Shown here: positions 13,286 to 26,468 of the stretch, piece by piece
Layout: every line of letters starts with the position of its first letter
How positions within the stretch are numbered: the stretch's first letter is position 1
Assembly (NCBI GenBank): GCA_052327205.1
Contig: CM126223.1
Coordinates: forward strand, 65,844,001 to 65,908,000
From: Somniosus microcephalus
Taxonomy: Eukaryota
DNA: 64,000 bases
Direction of reading: 5' to 3'
Program-made: the position numbers and the translations under genes
The notes under the pieces: model-generated
The model's input: the letters and a program-made list of their open reading frames with translations, nothing else
Database searches by the model: none
What the model was told of the DNA's origin: nothing

Positions 13286-14399
13286 TTTGTCTGGTCCCTG
13301 GACAGAGTAACCACAATGCTTTAGTATTTTAATAAACAAGTTATTTCACCTATTATTTTTAACTATTAAATCACACACATAGATGAAAGGGGGGGCTTTA
13401 ACATACCGAGTCTCAAGACTACTTCTACACACAAGCTATACGAAAACATTTGAGGACTTGACTGGTTTGATCTGTGCCATCTTCCCAGAATGTTGAAGTA
13501 CGGTCACTACAGCATTCATTGAACACTGCAATTTTAATCTGAATCTCTATATTTTAAGCTACCCATATTTCCAACTCATCAATATTGCATCTGTTCACCT
13601 TCCATAGAAAGGTTGTACCATCAGCTTCCTAATAAGGTAGCAACTGGATGGTGTCTGCAAGTCGGTGGCTATCTGCAGTGCCCAACTTCTTATCACGGTT
13701 AGTAAAAATAGTCTTCCTAATCAACAAAAACTGTCACAGATGGGAGCCTATCTACTGGACCAGTTAGTATCAGCATGTTCAGATGTGAGACATGAAAGGT
13801 TTTGATTGTTATCAGGTCATTTTTTTTTTTTTTTAATGTAATTTTGCACAAAAATTTATGCAGCAAAATAAATGGAGAAAAAAAACTTCAACCAACAATG
13901 TAATACATGGCTACATTTTATTTCTATTTGCGCAGACTGTTGTACAAGGTGTCAGCAGAAATACAGTTGTAGGACAGGAAGACCGGTTTTATTTGCTATA
14001 TAGTGGGAAGCAGTTTTTAATTATATAGCTAATGTGCATCATAGAATTTTTATTCTTTTCAGGGTTTCCCCAGAAACATTTCAGAGGTTGGCCTGGCGTA
14101 TGGAATGGGAACGCTCCCAAGAAACCAAAGCAGGCACAACTTTTGGTTCAAAGCAGCAGGCGACCAATTCAAAATGACTGGTGTGACCTCGCACCCAATG
14201 GTAACTGGCCAATGATTACTTCTGCATTTCAGATAAATAGCTTCATTTAGTTATGGGTAAAAAAATATGCTCCATATCAAACACGGAAAATGCTAGAATT
14301 GTACAGCATGTCCATCAGCATCTGAAACAGCCAAGTTAACTGGATTCTGATGAGGGGACATAACATATGCCTGCATAACAGGCACTGCATTTCAACATA

Positions 14400-14735
14400 C
14401 AGGAAACTTTGTGATATCCGGCACCGACGGGACTGAGCTGTTGCTGTCCCATCAAAACTGCCGGACAAACCAGCGCTAATGTTGAAACATACGGAGATTC
14501 TCAGCTCCGTGTGAATCAACAAACCCTGTTGCTTAGCAACAGCTTCAAAACAGTCGGCTGCAGCTTAAAAGTGTCTCTAGCTGAACCTGTTGCTTAGCTA
14601 CAGACCTTGCAGAGCCTGACTGGGGAAAAAAAAAGCAACGAGAAGTAAAAAAAACTTATAGGAAACAGCTCCTGAATTTTGCTGGTAAATAGAGCTTTCT
14701 GGACTTTTAACCTCCGGATAAACCAAAGTTTCCTG
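14400..14735. mobile_element. Tc1/mariner-type MITE, inverted relative to 5017-5339
   Basis: Same TIR and TA flanks; internal sequence is the diverged reverse complement of the first copy. Confidence 0.85.
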
Positions 14736-15940
14736 TAATTCACTACATGTGAAGTGCTTGGTGATGTTTTAGACAGACAGGATATAAGGCTATAGAAAAT
14801 AAAGACTTTTTAATCCAGCAATACAGCAATCTTACTTGTATATACCTCCCTGTCCCAAGTACAAATTTAAGATCTATAGGTCATTGTTAAAAGGAAAGGA
14901 AGGGCAACATGACGTCTTTAAAAATCAGATCTGGTAAAATGTACAGATAGGAGCTCATTAATGATGTGTAACAGTCACATAAAAACACAACTGTAATCCC
15001 CCCAACCAGGCCTAAACCATGATCCCCACCCATGAATCCTGCTGATTATAATGTTACAATCATGTCCCGTCTACCTGTTTAACCAGTATGTACATATTGG
15101 ATACCTTGCCATTACTTTAAGCCTTGGGTTGCAGTGCTAAGTCTTCCCAAGTACGCCAGAATGTGCCCATCTTTTTTCTTCTTCTATATTTACAGGTGAT
15201 GCAATTATTGCAAACATAAAAATGTAACCATTGTGGCTTCAAAAAGACAAATAATATTGAACATGTATGCAAAACATTGTACAAAATAGTTTACACTGCT
15301 ATCCTATTCCATTCTTCCCTTTTATCTCAATGATGAAATGGCATAATGGTTGCAGCCCTTTAGAAGGAAAAAAATCTTGTGGTGCATTCCAGTTCTAAAA
15401 TAAAGTTCACAAGTAAACTCTATAGACTAAATTTGAAGTTTTAAAAGCAAAAATCATTATGTATAAGGACTCATCGGGGCTAAGGATCCCTCCTTTTGAC
15501 TGCAACACTTCAGGATAGAATTATCAGATATAAATGTCTAGGGATGAAAATCAAAACTTCTGTCTACTGAAGCATGTGTGTCTACATGCTACTATAGTGA
15601 TAATAAAAGTTATGCTGATTCAAATTCTTTAATAAAGGCTGGAGGAAAAAATTCCTTCAATTGAAATAGTTAAAACCATAGAATTTGACAGCACTGAAAG
15701 AGGCCATTTGATTAATTGTGCCTGTGCTGGTCTTGGCTGGAAAAATCCAAAACAAAACCCACTGCCCTGCTCTAGGAAGTCAGGAACAGGAATAGGCCAC
15801 TTAGCCCCTGAAGCTTGTGCTGTCATTCAATTAGCTCATGGCTCAATTAGATCAAGTAGATGCTAACCTATCCCCACAGTACTAAAAGGCTTTTACAGGA
15901 TGCTGGGGCCTCAAAGATACAGTAATCGGAATGTACATAC

Positions 15941-16135
15941 ACTTCAGCAAAGAGGACAGGTGAATCAGAGCGATGAGACTGCACATCCTGCATAGCATTC
16001 CACTCATTAACGAAGGACTGGTTGGAATTGATACGGCTCTCATAATAACTAATCCACGTTAGGTACAGACTCCCGGGGTAGTAGTTGTGCGTCCTGGCAA
16101 TCTCACAGGCTTTGTGCAAACTCTGCAAAGCTGAC
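15941..16135 (-). CDS. SSH2: SSH2 exon (SALQSLHKACEIARTHNYYPG...SDSPVLFAEV)
   Basis: 195 nt, CAG acceptor, GTATGT donor; overlaps ORF-track entry 15868..16128. Confidence 0.95.
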
Positions 16136-16733
16136 CTGAAAATAAAAATAATTCACAGTTGGTGTCACACATCAAAAAAATTTTCCCCCAAAGATGTGCT
16201 TAATAAATGAGGCTGTTTTGACAGCAGGGATAACAAAGGATTAATTTAGCTGTACACATTTACCAATATCTACCAAAGCAAGTGCATTTTTGATGTTAGA
16301 ATGACTACTGCATTTTTACATTTGATTATGATGCCAAATGAGAAAAATAGCAAGTAAACATGCAGCTTTTGGCTGCAACATTTAAACAATGCAACATTTA
16401 AACAATGCACAATGAGCTATAATTGTTTCAGTCAGAACATAGCTAAAATTCACAAACATGAACTTCTGGTCTTCACATGTACTAGCTTACAGATTTCCTC
16501 ACAACCAAACTAACAGAGCTTGCTGGCTTTTGCCGTGCTTATCTTCTGCACCATATCTCTTTCTGTAGCCATACAAAATTATGCAACCATTTGTCATTTG
16601 CATGTTATTTGAGAATACATGGTCAGCTTTTAGCTGAAACAGCACAGCAATGGAACTTTACATTTCATCATTAACAAATTGGTGCTGGAGAAAACCTGCA
16701 GAAAAATAGCAAAAATGTTCCAAAAGTTCTTAC

Positions 16734-16799
16734 CACATTGCCTGTACAGACACAGGCTTGAAGATGTGAATTCTGTTCACCGTCGACACACTGAATCCT
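16734..16799 (-). CDS. SSH2: SSH2 exon (GFSVSTVNRIHIFKPVSVQAMW)
   Basis: 66 nt, AAG acceptor, GTAAGA donor. Confidence 0.95.
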
Positions 16800-17612
16800 C
16801 TTGGGAGGGAAAGAAGAGCAGAAAAAACCATTTGAAATTATTAAAGTTATCAGCAAAACTTAGAAAAATAAACAGGTGTAACTCAAAATGGTGCACCCAC
16901 AATCTCAGTACAGGAAGGGCTCTGATCTGTCAACATGAGAAGTCAAGAGGGCTGAACACTTCTACAGTGGGTATAATCAAGGAAGGAAGGAAAGAAGGAA
17001 AGAAGACGTGAGCGCACGAAAGAGAGATAAAAAAAAAGAGGAAGTAATAAAATACCTTTTGGGGAAAGCCACACACAGTAACCAGTTCGTTAATTTAAAT
17101 TTTTTTTTCCCCATTATAAAATGACAATTCATATTTACCATGGCTTTCAGGGGATAACTTCCATCTTTCGGGAGTACACAAGGTGACAAAATGGCTGATT
17201 AAGTGCCATGGGAGCAGAACAAAATGTTTAAACAAAGTAGCGGAGTTGTTTATAGTTGAAAAATCCAAATTCTGTTGGTGGTAATTATGTCATAAATGCC
17301 ATGTGGTAATATGACAGTTCTTGTATTGTGATGGGCAATGGGCTTCCATCGCTGGTTGATGACGGAGTGAATGCTGGTCACATGATTCAGTTCCTAACCA
17401 ACTCCTGGCCAGTGAAGCGTTTATTAAGCCAACATCTTTGGTAGGAAAATACACCACATAGAATAGGCTTCAGCAATTAATTCTGTAAATAATTGAAACG
17501 CGAGTATACAGCTAGTAATGGCCATCAAGTCACTTATTTCAACTGTGGTAAAAATAAATTCCCCTCTCTTACCAACATTTTTTTTTCTTTGACCTTCTTG
17601 CTTAAAGACAGG

Positions 17613-18284
17613 GGCCTAGAAATTCACTGGCCTGAGCGCCACTTTTGAGGCGCTAGAGGGCCTAGCGCCGAAGTTATGGCCAGTTTAGAAATTGACAGGG
17701 GCCCTAAATCGGCGTTAGGCCGGTAGCGCTGCGCCGGCACCGATGACGTCATCGGTGTGCACAGCGTCCCGGTTGCCATGGTAACCCGCCCGAACTCGGA
17801 AATTGAGTTGCGGCCGCCTCGCCCGTGGCAGCCGCAAGCAACGTTCTGGCAGAGGTGCCTTACAGAACTTTGCGCCGGCGCATTAAAGGCCCCGCGGCGG
17901 CCGGCCGCTTTCCCGCCGGCCGCCTGGCCGCAGCTCCCTCCCCGGACTTCCCCCCCCCGGAACAGAAGCAAGCCCGGCACTTGTCCGAGGTGCCGGGCTC
18001 ATTTTTAAAAAGATTATCGCGGGCCGCGGCCGGGTGCAGGCAGCTCCTCCTTAACGGAAGGAGGAGGCCTGCACTTCCCGAGCCTGCCGCACCGCAGCGG
18101 GCGCCGCAGCGCCGGAATAGCGCCGCAATGCGGCGCCAGTTTTGAGGCGCTGAGACCCCTCAGTAGCGCCAGCAGCCGTTTGGGCGCGGCGCTACTGAAT
18201 TTTTGGCGCGCGCAGGGGGACTTAGCGCCGGCACTAACTTCCGGCGCTAAAGCCCTCGCTGCGCCAAAACCGAATTTCTAGGCC
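17613..18284. mobile_element. GC-rich Harbinger-type MITE
   Basis: TIR GGCCTAGAAATTC...GAATTTCTAGGCC; TSD imperfect. Confidence 0.8.
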
Positions 18285-18729
18285 CTGGACTCAGGCTGGG
18301 TTAAAGCTTTGCCTAACTGCCTATTTTTCATGCAAATTAAAGCAGAAAATATAAATGGATTTGAGAGATATATTCCCAAGAATTCTTCTGTTCTTACGAG
18401 ACCGCCTGGACAGTGATACAAGCAGGCTGTGACAAGCTGGGTGACGATGAATAAAAATCAGAACCAAAACCAATTCTGCCCTCATCAGATATCCACGCAG
18501 GCACACTTCCATCAGGCGTGGTTGGATAGGGCAGGAATCCAGACTGATTTTTCTTGTCACTTTGTCTCAGATAGGCTCCTTTTATACTACCAGTAACAAA
18601 TGCCTCTCCTTTGTGTTGTCTTGAAAGCAATATCTTGGAACAAGAAGAATTTTACTACTTGACATTTAGTGCTGGGTTCCCAAGGTTTTACTATTTGAGA
18701 TTAGATGTTTAGGTACTGAGTGTACTTAC

Positions 18730-18798
18730 CCATCACCATCCAAATGGATCAACGTGTCACTCCATAATGGAAGAACCAGGCCCATTGTGCAAGTATTG
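18730..18798 (-). CDS. SSH2: SSH2 exon (NTCTMGLVLPLWSDTLIHLDGDG)
   Basis: 69 nt, CAG acceptor, GTAAGT donor. Confidence 0.95.
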
Positions 18799-19084
18799 CT
18801 GCAAAGATAATGTAATCTAAAATTAGCATAGTTTCTGTATACTATGTTGCACATTGCTTTATGCCGATATCTTCAGCAGAAAGGATTACAGAGAAGGCAT
18901 AATCAATATAAGTCCATACAACTACAGTCTGTACTCAGCTCAAGTACATTTGGAAAAAGTGAAAAAAACATTTAAACTAACAAGAATTAAACTACAGTAC
19001 TGATATCAAGTGCTCTTGCTCTTCGATAAAAAGCAATGAGTTTAACAATGGGCTGAAGCACCTTCCAAAGCACATTTTTCTCTT

Positions 19085-19216
19085 ACAAAAGCAAAATACT
19101 GCAGATGCTTGAATTCTGAAATAAAAACAGAAAACGCTGGAAATACTCAACAGGTCAGACAGCATCTGTAGAGAAAGAGTTAACATTTCAAGTCGATGGC
19201 CGCTCGACAGAACTGA
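19085..19216 (-). mobile_element. Penelope-like terminal fragment with a degenerate hammerhead core
   Basis: Homologous to 44213-44350; core reads CTGTCGA..GAAATGTT on the minus strand. Confidence 0.7.
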
Positions 19217-19743
19217 CAGGATTTCCATTTGTCTCTTTACCGTGTTCTGATCGTCACAGTGGAATGGTTTCAATCCTCTAATACATTTTTAAATCTTCAA
19301 GTTGAGATCAATTGTATGCAAGGCTAAATATTTGTATTGTAGGATGAGCACAGTTTTGGTGAGCTTAAGCATATCAAAACAGAATTTAAGCAGCCATTCA
19401 GCTGGAGCTGCAATGTGCCAAAGAAAAAAAATGAATGAACTTGGTCTGAGAAAACTCCAGACGATTTTCTCAGTGCATTACTGCTCCGACTGAATCCGTA
19501 ATTTTATTTTTCTTCTGCACTGGCTCGCCTAACAATGGCCAGACAGCACAGAAACAAGAGGTGTAGACACAATATTTTTGAATACAGATATCTGCAGTAT
19601 GCAGAAATTTTTTTAAACCAGTATACGGAAAGTGTAGATTGCATTTATATTATATCAAATTATGTGTAATTTAACATATAACCACCACTTGTGCAGTCCA
19701 GATTTTGGAAACTGTGCTTATTGTGATCACTATATAACCTTGC

Positions 19744-19746
<3 letters not shown>

Positions 19747-19784
<38 letters not shown>
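19747..19784. repeat. (AG)n microsatellite
   Basis: Uninterrupted AG run. Confidence 0.95.
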
Positions 19785-19786
<2 letters not shown>

Positions 19787-21284
19787 GCTCAGGGAGACAG
19801 TTAACAGAAATAACTTGTGTTGACTGCACAAGATGACCTCATGGAAAGTTTTATAAAAAGCTCCCCATGATCAGAGGATATTCTTAGGTCCTCCCCCAGC
19901 CACATGCTCAAGCCATTTCTAAATGCACCCTGTAACAGAATGGCACACAAGAACCACCATCTTCAAACATCGAACTATAAAGAGTGTGTGTTGTCTTGTT
20001 TACATAGCAACAAGCAAGCATTAATCAGCATGAACCTGACAGATACAATGCTAGTTATTTGCTTGATCAGAAGATCGGAGGTTTATTAGAGAAGTGTTGC
20101 ATACTGTCACATTGGCAAACAGCTACAGTAGGAAGGTCTTAAACAGCACTTTCAGCCTTACAACAGGACATCATTGATAAAAGCCTCTATCTGCCCACTG
20201 ACTATGAAAACCTATAAATGTGTGCAGGGAACATGAGCTGATATTACAATGCAAAGCATATTATTCAAACAAGATTAATTACTTATGTCAAGTGCAATAT
20301 TTTTTTTCCTTGTGATTTAACACATTAGTAAGAGTTCTTCTTTAGATATCCTTTGTTGGGGATATTTTAACCTGGCTTTTTGAAGCAATATTTAGCATTT
20401 TATGAATAAAAGTTTAATGTTCCAGTGCAGAGATTCATTGACAATAAGTCAGTTAAAATCTTAAGGTTCATACCCAAACTACATCATTAAAAAAAGGGCT
20501 GCTCCAGTTTGGTTTCTTGCACAGTATATCTGAAGGATATTTTAAACTGGTTACAGTAATCTCATCACAGATGGGATTGCATCCATCACAAAGAATATTG
20601 AAAATTATTTTTGGGCAAATTTATTAATTGAGATGCTGCAATTTGAAAATAGATACTACAACACAAAAAAAGCAACAAAAATGTTAAATAATTGCTGGCT
20701 AAAAAATGCAACATGCTCAACAGGTGCTTAAGTCCAAATAAGCTCAGGAGAGACAGACAGACAGACAGAACCAAACCACCATGCGAGAGGGACAGAAAGA
20801 GTTTGGACAGGATACGTTACAACCCATTAATCATGGGCATCAGTTTAAAAAATGAGGAAGTGGGATATCCAAATGATCAAATAATGGCTAAAACCATATT
20901 CATTACTTCCCATTATGACATTGGTAAAAAAAAGCATTTAAATCACAAAACAAATCCTTTAACTGACAAAACTCTCAGCAACAAAAGCATTTCCTGCATG
21001 AATAAACTAATTCAATTAATACAAAAACAAGCTTTATGTAAAACAACAAGGAATCAGTTACAAGGCAGCAGTTCCAGCAAAGAGTTCAGATGATATAAAT
21101 TGCGACAGCAAAACTCTTTATGGTTAATCATGTTCTTTGAATCCCTCAAAGTAATTATTCTGCATTATATATTTCATAATTTATTTCAGCCTTAGGTCCT
21201 CACTATATTAAATGGCAATGAAAGTTTCACCATCAGTTTAAGCTTATAAAAAATGGTAACAGTCAAAGTTTGAGATTTTCTTAC

Positions 21285-21403
21285 CTATCTTTGAAGAAAT
21301 CCATTCCTAAAACAATACTTTCTTCCGTGTCTTGTCTGCCATTGGTGGAAACTACCACCATGTACCTAGTCAGTTCTAGATAAGCACTTTCCAACCGTAC
21401 AGC
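21285..21403 (-). CDS. SSH2: SSH2 exon (AVRLESAYLELTRYMVVVSTNGRQDTEESIVLGMDFFKDS)
   Basis: 119 nt, CAG acceptor, GTAAGA donor, phase 0 to 2. Confidence 0.95.
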
Positions 21404-22014
21404 CTGAAATTATTTAGAAGAAAATAAGCTCTGAAAGAGTTCTGTTATTTTAAGCCTTGAATAAAGAAATCTTTACATTTTAAATCAATTTATACATCCT
21501 CTCCCAACCTGGGGATAACTTTCGTGTAGGCTGGATTATCAATATTTATTTCAGAGAGCCAGTCTGCATCAAAACAACATAGCAATATTTGCAAACCAAT
21601 CTCTGAATGCCAGTCAGCTGACCTGGGACGGTTTATGGTCACCTGATCATAAAGCCAAGCTAGTTTACAGCTGTTGCCACTTATGCAATCTATTAACTGG
21701 CTTAATTATTGTAACGCATTAAAGATCTACAAATCCTGGTAAGTTTTCTGTTAAGATTCAATCTAAACAGTTTTTGTTCACTATGACAATGATACAGAGG
21801 CATTACACTGATGTTCACACAGCATTGTGTACAGTTAAAGCTTTAAGTACATCTGCAAATACTAAACATAGCAGGTATGATTCGATGGAGCTTTTGCAAG
21901 ACTGACCCGTTACAGGCCAATTTTGATTTAAATTTTGGCACGGGAACTGCAAGAATAAATATTTACAGATATAAACACAACCCTGGAATTGATCTGGAAA
22001 ATATTCAGAAACAT

Positions 22015-22678
22015 GGGGGTGATTTTAACCCACCCCGCTCGGCGAAACGGGGCAGCCATGCAGGTAAATCATCTCCAAAAACTTACCGCCCCATTCCCTC
22101 TCCATACCGGCCCGTTTCCACCCTAACTAGGCCCTATTTTTAGCCAGGCGAGGCACCCACCCTACACATGGAAGCCTCATGCAAATCAGGGTCCGATGAG
22201 GCCGTTAGGACTCCAATTGCATTTTAACTGCTGATTGTACTGAACATGGCAGGCACCCTGCGCAATTAGTCAGCAAAAAAAGTGAGGGCCCCAAAAAGGT
22301 AAGTTTTAAACTTAACTTCGCGGAGTGAGGTGGAGCACTCTTACTCCTCTGGCTCCCACAAAAGGAAAGTCTGGGCCTCTGCAGTCCCAACTCATCCCCG
22401 CTTCCCACCGGTGAGATCCTGCCAAAACCATCCCCTGCAATGTACCTGCTCACCAGCAGATGGCCTGATCTCTGCCTATCAGCAGCTGGCCAGCTGCCTC
22501 TTTTATGCCCATTTCAGGCAGCCAGTGGGATGTAAATGAGGTCTGGGAGTTAAGATAGCCTGGGACTCAAATTAACATATTCTGGAAGGGGGTGGGGGGG
22601 AAAGAGAGGGGGTGTAGAGAATGTGTGACACTTGCCCCCTCACCTAGCTGAAACCCACCCCCCATTAAAATCCCACCC
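22015..22678. mobile_element. Degenerate Harbinger-type MITE
   Basis: Imperfect TIR GGGGGTGATTTTAA / TTAAAATCCCACCC around a GC-rich body. Confidence 0.55.
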
Positions 22679-23184
22679 AGACATTGTGACAGACATTGCT
22701 GAGTATAGTAGAAGCAGAGAGAGACTTGGCAACTAAAGCCCTTTATGAACACCTGCCACATCACAAGATTTATTGTAAAGTGCACATAGTTCTCCCAGGA
22801 GCAGTTGCAAAGTAAACTTCCTAAACATCCGTACAGCAACAAGTATTATTTTTAGCTACCTATGCAATAGCGATCTTTATGCTGTATTATGCTCAAGTGA
22901 AGCAAACTAGTAGAATTCACATTTAAAAGGATGAACGCTTTGTGGAGCACAAGTGCAGTATTGTGGTTAAGTTGCACAGAGCAGCCTTCTTATTTTGAAT
23001 GTATTTTCTACTCTTCACCCTCTCTTTGGGTTTTGCCATGAGCCATCCCTCAGCTGAGGAAATAAGACGGCTGGTAACTCGGACTTATGACCATGCTGAT
23101 CTTGAGCTGGTTGCTAGGAGATAGAAGACAGCCCTGTTTTTGATTCTCCCTCACACTTTTGAATTTCCTGCTGAGTTACAAAGA

Positions 23185-24290
23185 AAGAAGTCGCCTTTCA
23201 CAACCTCAGGATGTCCCAAAGTGCTTCACAGCCAATTAAGTACTTTTGAAGTGTAGTCACTGTTATAATGTATGGATTTTGCACACAGCAAGGCCCCACA
23301 AACAGCAGTGAGAAAAGTGACCAATTAAACAGTTTTAGTGGTATTGTTTGAGGAATAGTATTGGCCGGGACACGGGGAGAACTCCCATGCTTGGGAGGTC
23401 TCCCCGTGTCCCGGCCAATAATAGGTCTTGGAATTTGCTGCCCCAGAAAGCTGTGGAAGCTACATCATTAAATAAATTTAAAGCAGAAAGAGAGAGTTTC
23501 CTAGAAGTAAGGGGAATTAGGGGTTACAGGGAGCGGGCAGGAAATCGGACATGAGGCTAGGTTCGGAATGGTCATGGCCCTGTGGGTGGCGGAGCGAGCC
23601 CAGGGGCCGTGTAGCCTGGTTCTGCTCCTACTTCTTGTGTTCTAATTCTGTGTTAGATTTCAGGAGATGGTTCTATTCACAGGGATTAGTGGAGACCTCG
23701 GGAACAGGCTGCGAGCTAGGAGTCCTTCAAGAGTAAATTGGGCCTGTTCCTGGCTGGGGTGGAGATCACCTCTTACAGAAGGTAAGTACTGCAGGAAATA
23801 CAGGGACAGAGTGATCTCCTGGACGAGTTTCGATCGCCTAGAGGGGTCGGAGAGGAATTTCCCAGATTTTTTTCTCCCAAATTGGTCATTGGGTTTTTTA
23901 ATCTGGTTTTTCGCCTCTCCCGGGAGATCACATGGGTTTGGGTGGGATGGAGAGTGAAAGTAGATTTGAGGTTAGGATCAGATCAGCCATGATCTTATTG
24001 AATGGCGGAGCAGGCTCGAGGGGCCGATTGGCCTACTCCTGCTCCTATTTCTTATGTACTTATATGCTCTTCTTCAAATTCTGCCATGGGTGCTTTATGT
24101 TCACCCAAGAGGGACCTTTGGTTTAACATCTCATTCGAAAAGAAAGCACCTCCAACAGTGCAGTGCTCACTCAGTACTGCAGTGGAGCGTCAGCTGAAAT
24201 GATGTGCTCAAATTCTGAAGTGGGGCTTGAACCCATAACCTTCTGATTCAGAGGCAAGAGTACTAGCACTGAGCCAAGGCTGACACCTAA
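23185..24290 (-). mobile_element. Deu-domain tRNA SINE interrupted by plus-strand CR1-related 3' fragments (about 23421-24063)
   Basis: SINE breaks at ..ACTCCCATGCT and resumes at ATGCTCTTCTTC; collinear with the copy at 58715; CR1 tails inside. Confidence 0.7.
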
Positions 24291-24331
24291 AGTTTTCCTC
24301 CTCCCCACAACATGGAGATGTACTCCTCCCC

Positions 24332-24700
24332 ACAGCATAGTGGTTAGCACTGTTGCCTCACAGCGCCAGGGACCCGGGTTCAAATCCGGCCTCGGGTGAC
24401 TGTCTGTGTGGAGTTTGCACATTCTCCCCGTGTTTGCGTGGGTTTTCTCCGGGTGCTCCGGTTTCCTCCCACAGTCCAAAGATGTGCGGGTTAGGTTGAT
24501 TGGCCATGATAAAAATTGGCCCTTAGTGTTAGGGGGGATTAAATACGTGGGGTTACGGGGTTACGGCTTGGGTGGGATGGCTGTCTGTGTAGGGACTGGA
24601 TGCTAGGGTTTGGATGATCAGCCATGATCTCGTTGAATGGCGGAGCAGGCTCGAAGGGCCGAATGGCCTACTCCTGCTCCTATCTTCTATGTTTCTATGT
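24332..24700 (+). mobile_element. HE1-like V-SINE (tRNA head, V domain, CR1-derived tail)
   Basis: A box TAGTGGTTAG, B box GGTTCAAATCC, V-domain TGTGTGGAGTTTGCACATTCTCCCCGTG, CR1-like tail with TTTCTATG-like repeats. Confidence 0.9.
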
Positions 24701-26064
24701 TACTTAACCCCTGCTCAACACCGAGGGGCCCTGAAATGCCTAGAAAATGGTACATGATGGTAGAAAATTAAATAAATTGACAGTTGTGACATGAATTGTA
24801 GGCTATGATATCATTAGAACTAAATTATAGGCAGCACAAACATACGAGAATAGTTGATTCAATCTCTCAAGTGAAATGGGTGAATGTATTATAGACCCAA
24901 GTCAACACCTAACAAAACTCTTGGTGGCTAGGCAGTCAATATTTCATGACTTGTCATTAGTTTCCAGGACCTTCCCTATTGCAACCACAAATACTTGTAA
25001 TCCCTAATCCTGGGAAGGGGAAGTTTTTAAAAAAATATTCGCAAACAGTGAGCAACATGCTTACAGTAGCACATAAGTGACTCACACCTCACTGCTGTAG
25101 TTCACCCGAAAAGGAGGACACATTTTTAGGAAACAGAAATCGTTTAATTTGGGTGCAACTTTTGGGAAATAGACTTCAAATTTAAAAAAACTTCAGTTTA
25201 GGCTTACATAATTTCTTTATTAAATTCTAGCAACAACCCAGTGCATTTATTTTTCTTAGCTTGGCTAAACTTGAGGGGCCAAACATCAACTAGGATAAAT
25301 TTATAAATATATATTCTATGAAAAGTACAACACTGTACTTCCAATCTATACTGTGTTAAACAACAGTATTCCCTTATAAAAAGGCATAAGCAAGGGTAGC
25401 TAGTCATGCGTTAATGCCCGGTGAATGTTTGACATTCCAAATAGATATCATTCAAAGCTGGCTATATTGGACAGTGCGTCAATACAACTGATAATCATAA
25501 ACAAAGTTCTACATGTCACATTCCTGTTCTCATCATTTCAAATCTTAATGTGTTAATTGGTCGTCCACCAGTCTTATTGGCAGACATTTTTAAAGCAGTT
25601 CCAAATATATTGTACATTATGCAACGTTTTCCCCCACAGTCCCCTTAAGCATATTGCTCACTGTTTGCGAATGTGTGTTGAGTGATTTCAGTATTTAAAG
25701 TGTGTATGCCAAATTTTCCATATTTAATAAGAGAAGACTGAATGCAGCACCAACTCGTGTTCTGACACTTTGACTTGATTAGTATTGTGTCTTTTAATGA
25801 GGTCAGACCAATCTATGGTTAGCTGGGAGCAGATTCTGTAGCTTGGAGTAGGGAAGCTGCTCCTGTTGCAAGGAACGGTCAATGCAGCCTCCACATCTGA
25901 AAAGCACAACAAGGAACTTCAGTGAAACAGCTGGAACATAGTTTGTGGCATTTCTTTTGAAATCAAGGATGCCCTGTATGAAAGCTTTTCCATGTACTGA
26001 CTTTCAAGGCACAGTGCATTCCACTTCAAAATGTCAGGAACAGCAATTACTGGACATCAGTAAG

Positions 26065-26468
26065 TTTTTTTATTTATTCATTCATGGGTTGTGGGCATCA
26101 TTGGTAAGGCCAGCATTTATTGCCCATCCCCAAGTGCCCTTGAAAAGGTGATGGTGAGCTGCCTTCTTGAACCGCTGCAGTCAGTGTGGTGAAGGTACCC
26201 CCACAGTACTGTTAGGTAGGGAGTTCCAGGATTTGACCCAGCGACGATGAAGGAACGGCGATATTTTTCCAAGTCAGAATGGCGTGTGACTTGGAGGTGG
26301 CGGTGTTCCCATGTGCCGGCTGCCCTTGCCCTTCTAGGTGGTAGAGGTCACAGGTTTGTAAGGTGCTGTTGAAGAAGCCTTGGCAAGTTGCTGCAGTGCA
26401 TCTTGTTAATGAATCACACTGCAGTCATGTTGCACCGGTGGTGGAGGGAATGGATGCTTAAGGTGGTA
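26065..26468 (-). mobile_element. 3' fragment of the same LINE family as 2043-3148
   Basis: Reverse complement of about 2740-3140. Confidence 0.85.

Noticed and set aside
16797-16801. Tandem acceptor AAG/AG 2 nt apart
   Set aside because: Use of the distal AG would frameshift; no evidence of function.
17624-18145. Several GC-rich ORFs
   Set aside because: Inside a MITE; low stop-codon density explains them.
23785-23840. Type II hammerhead on minus (GAAACUCGUC followed by a stem)
   Set aside because: The CUGANGA core is absent after the stem.
24332-24400. tRNA gene
   Set aside because: It is the tRNA-derived head of a V-SINE.
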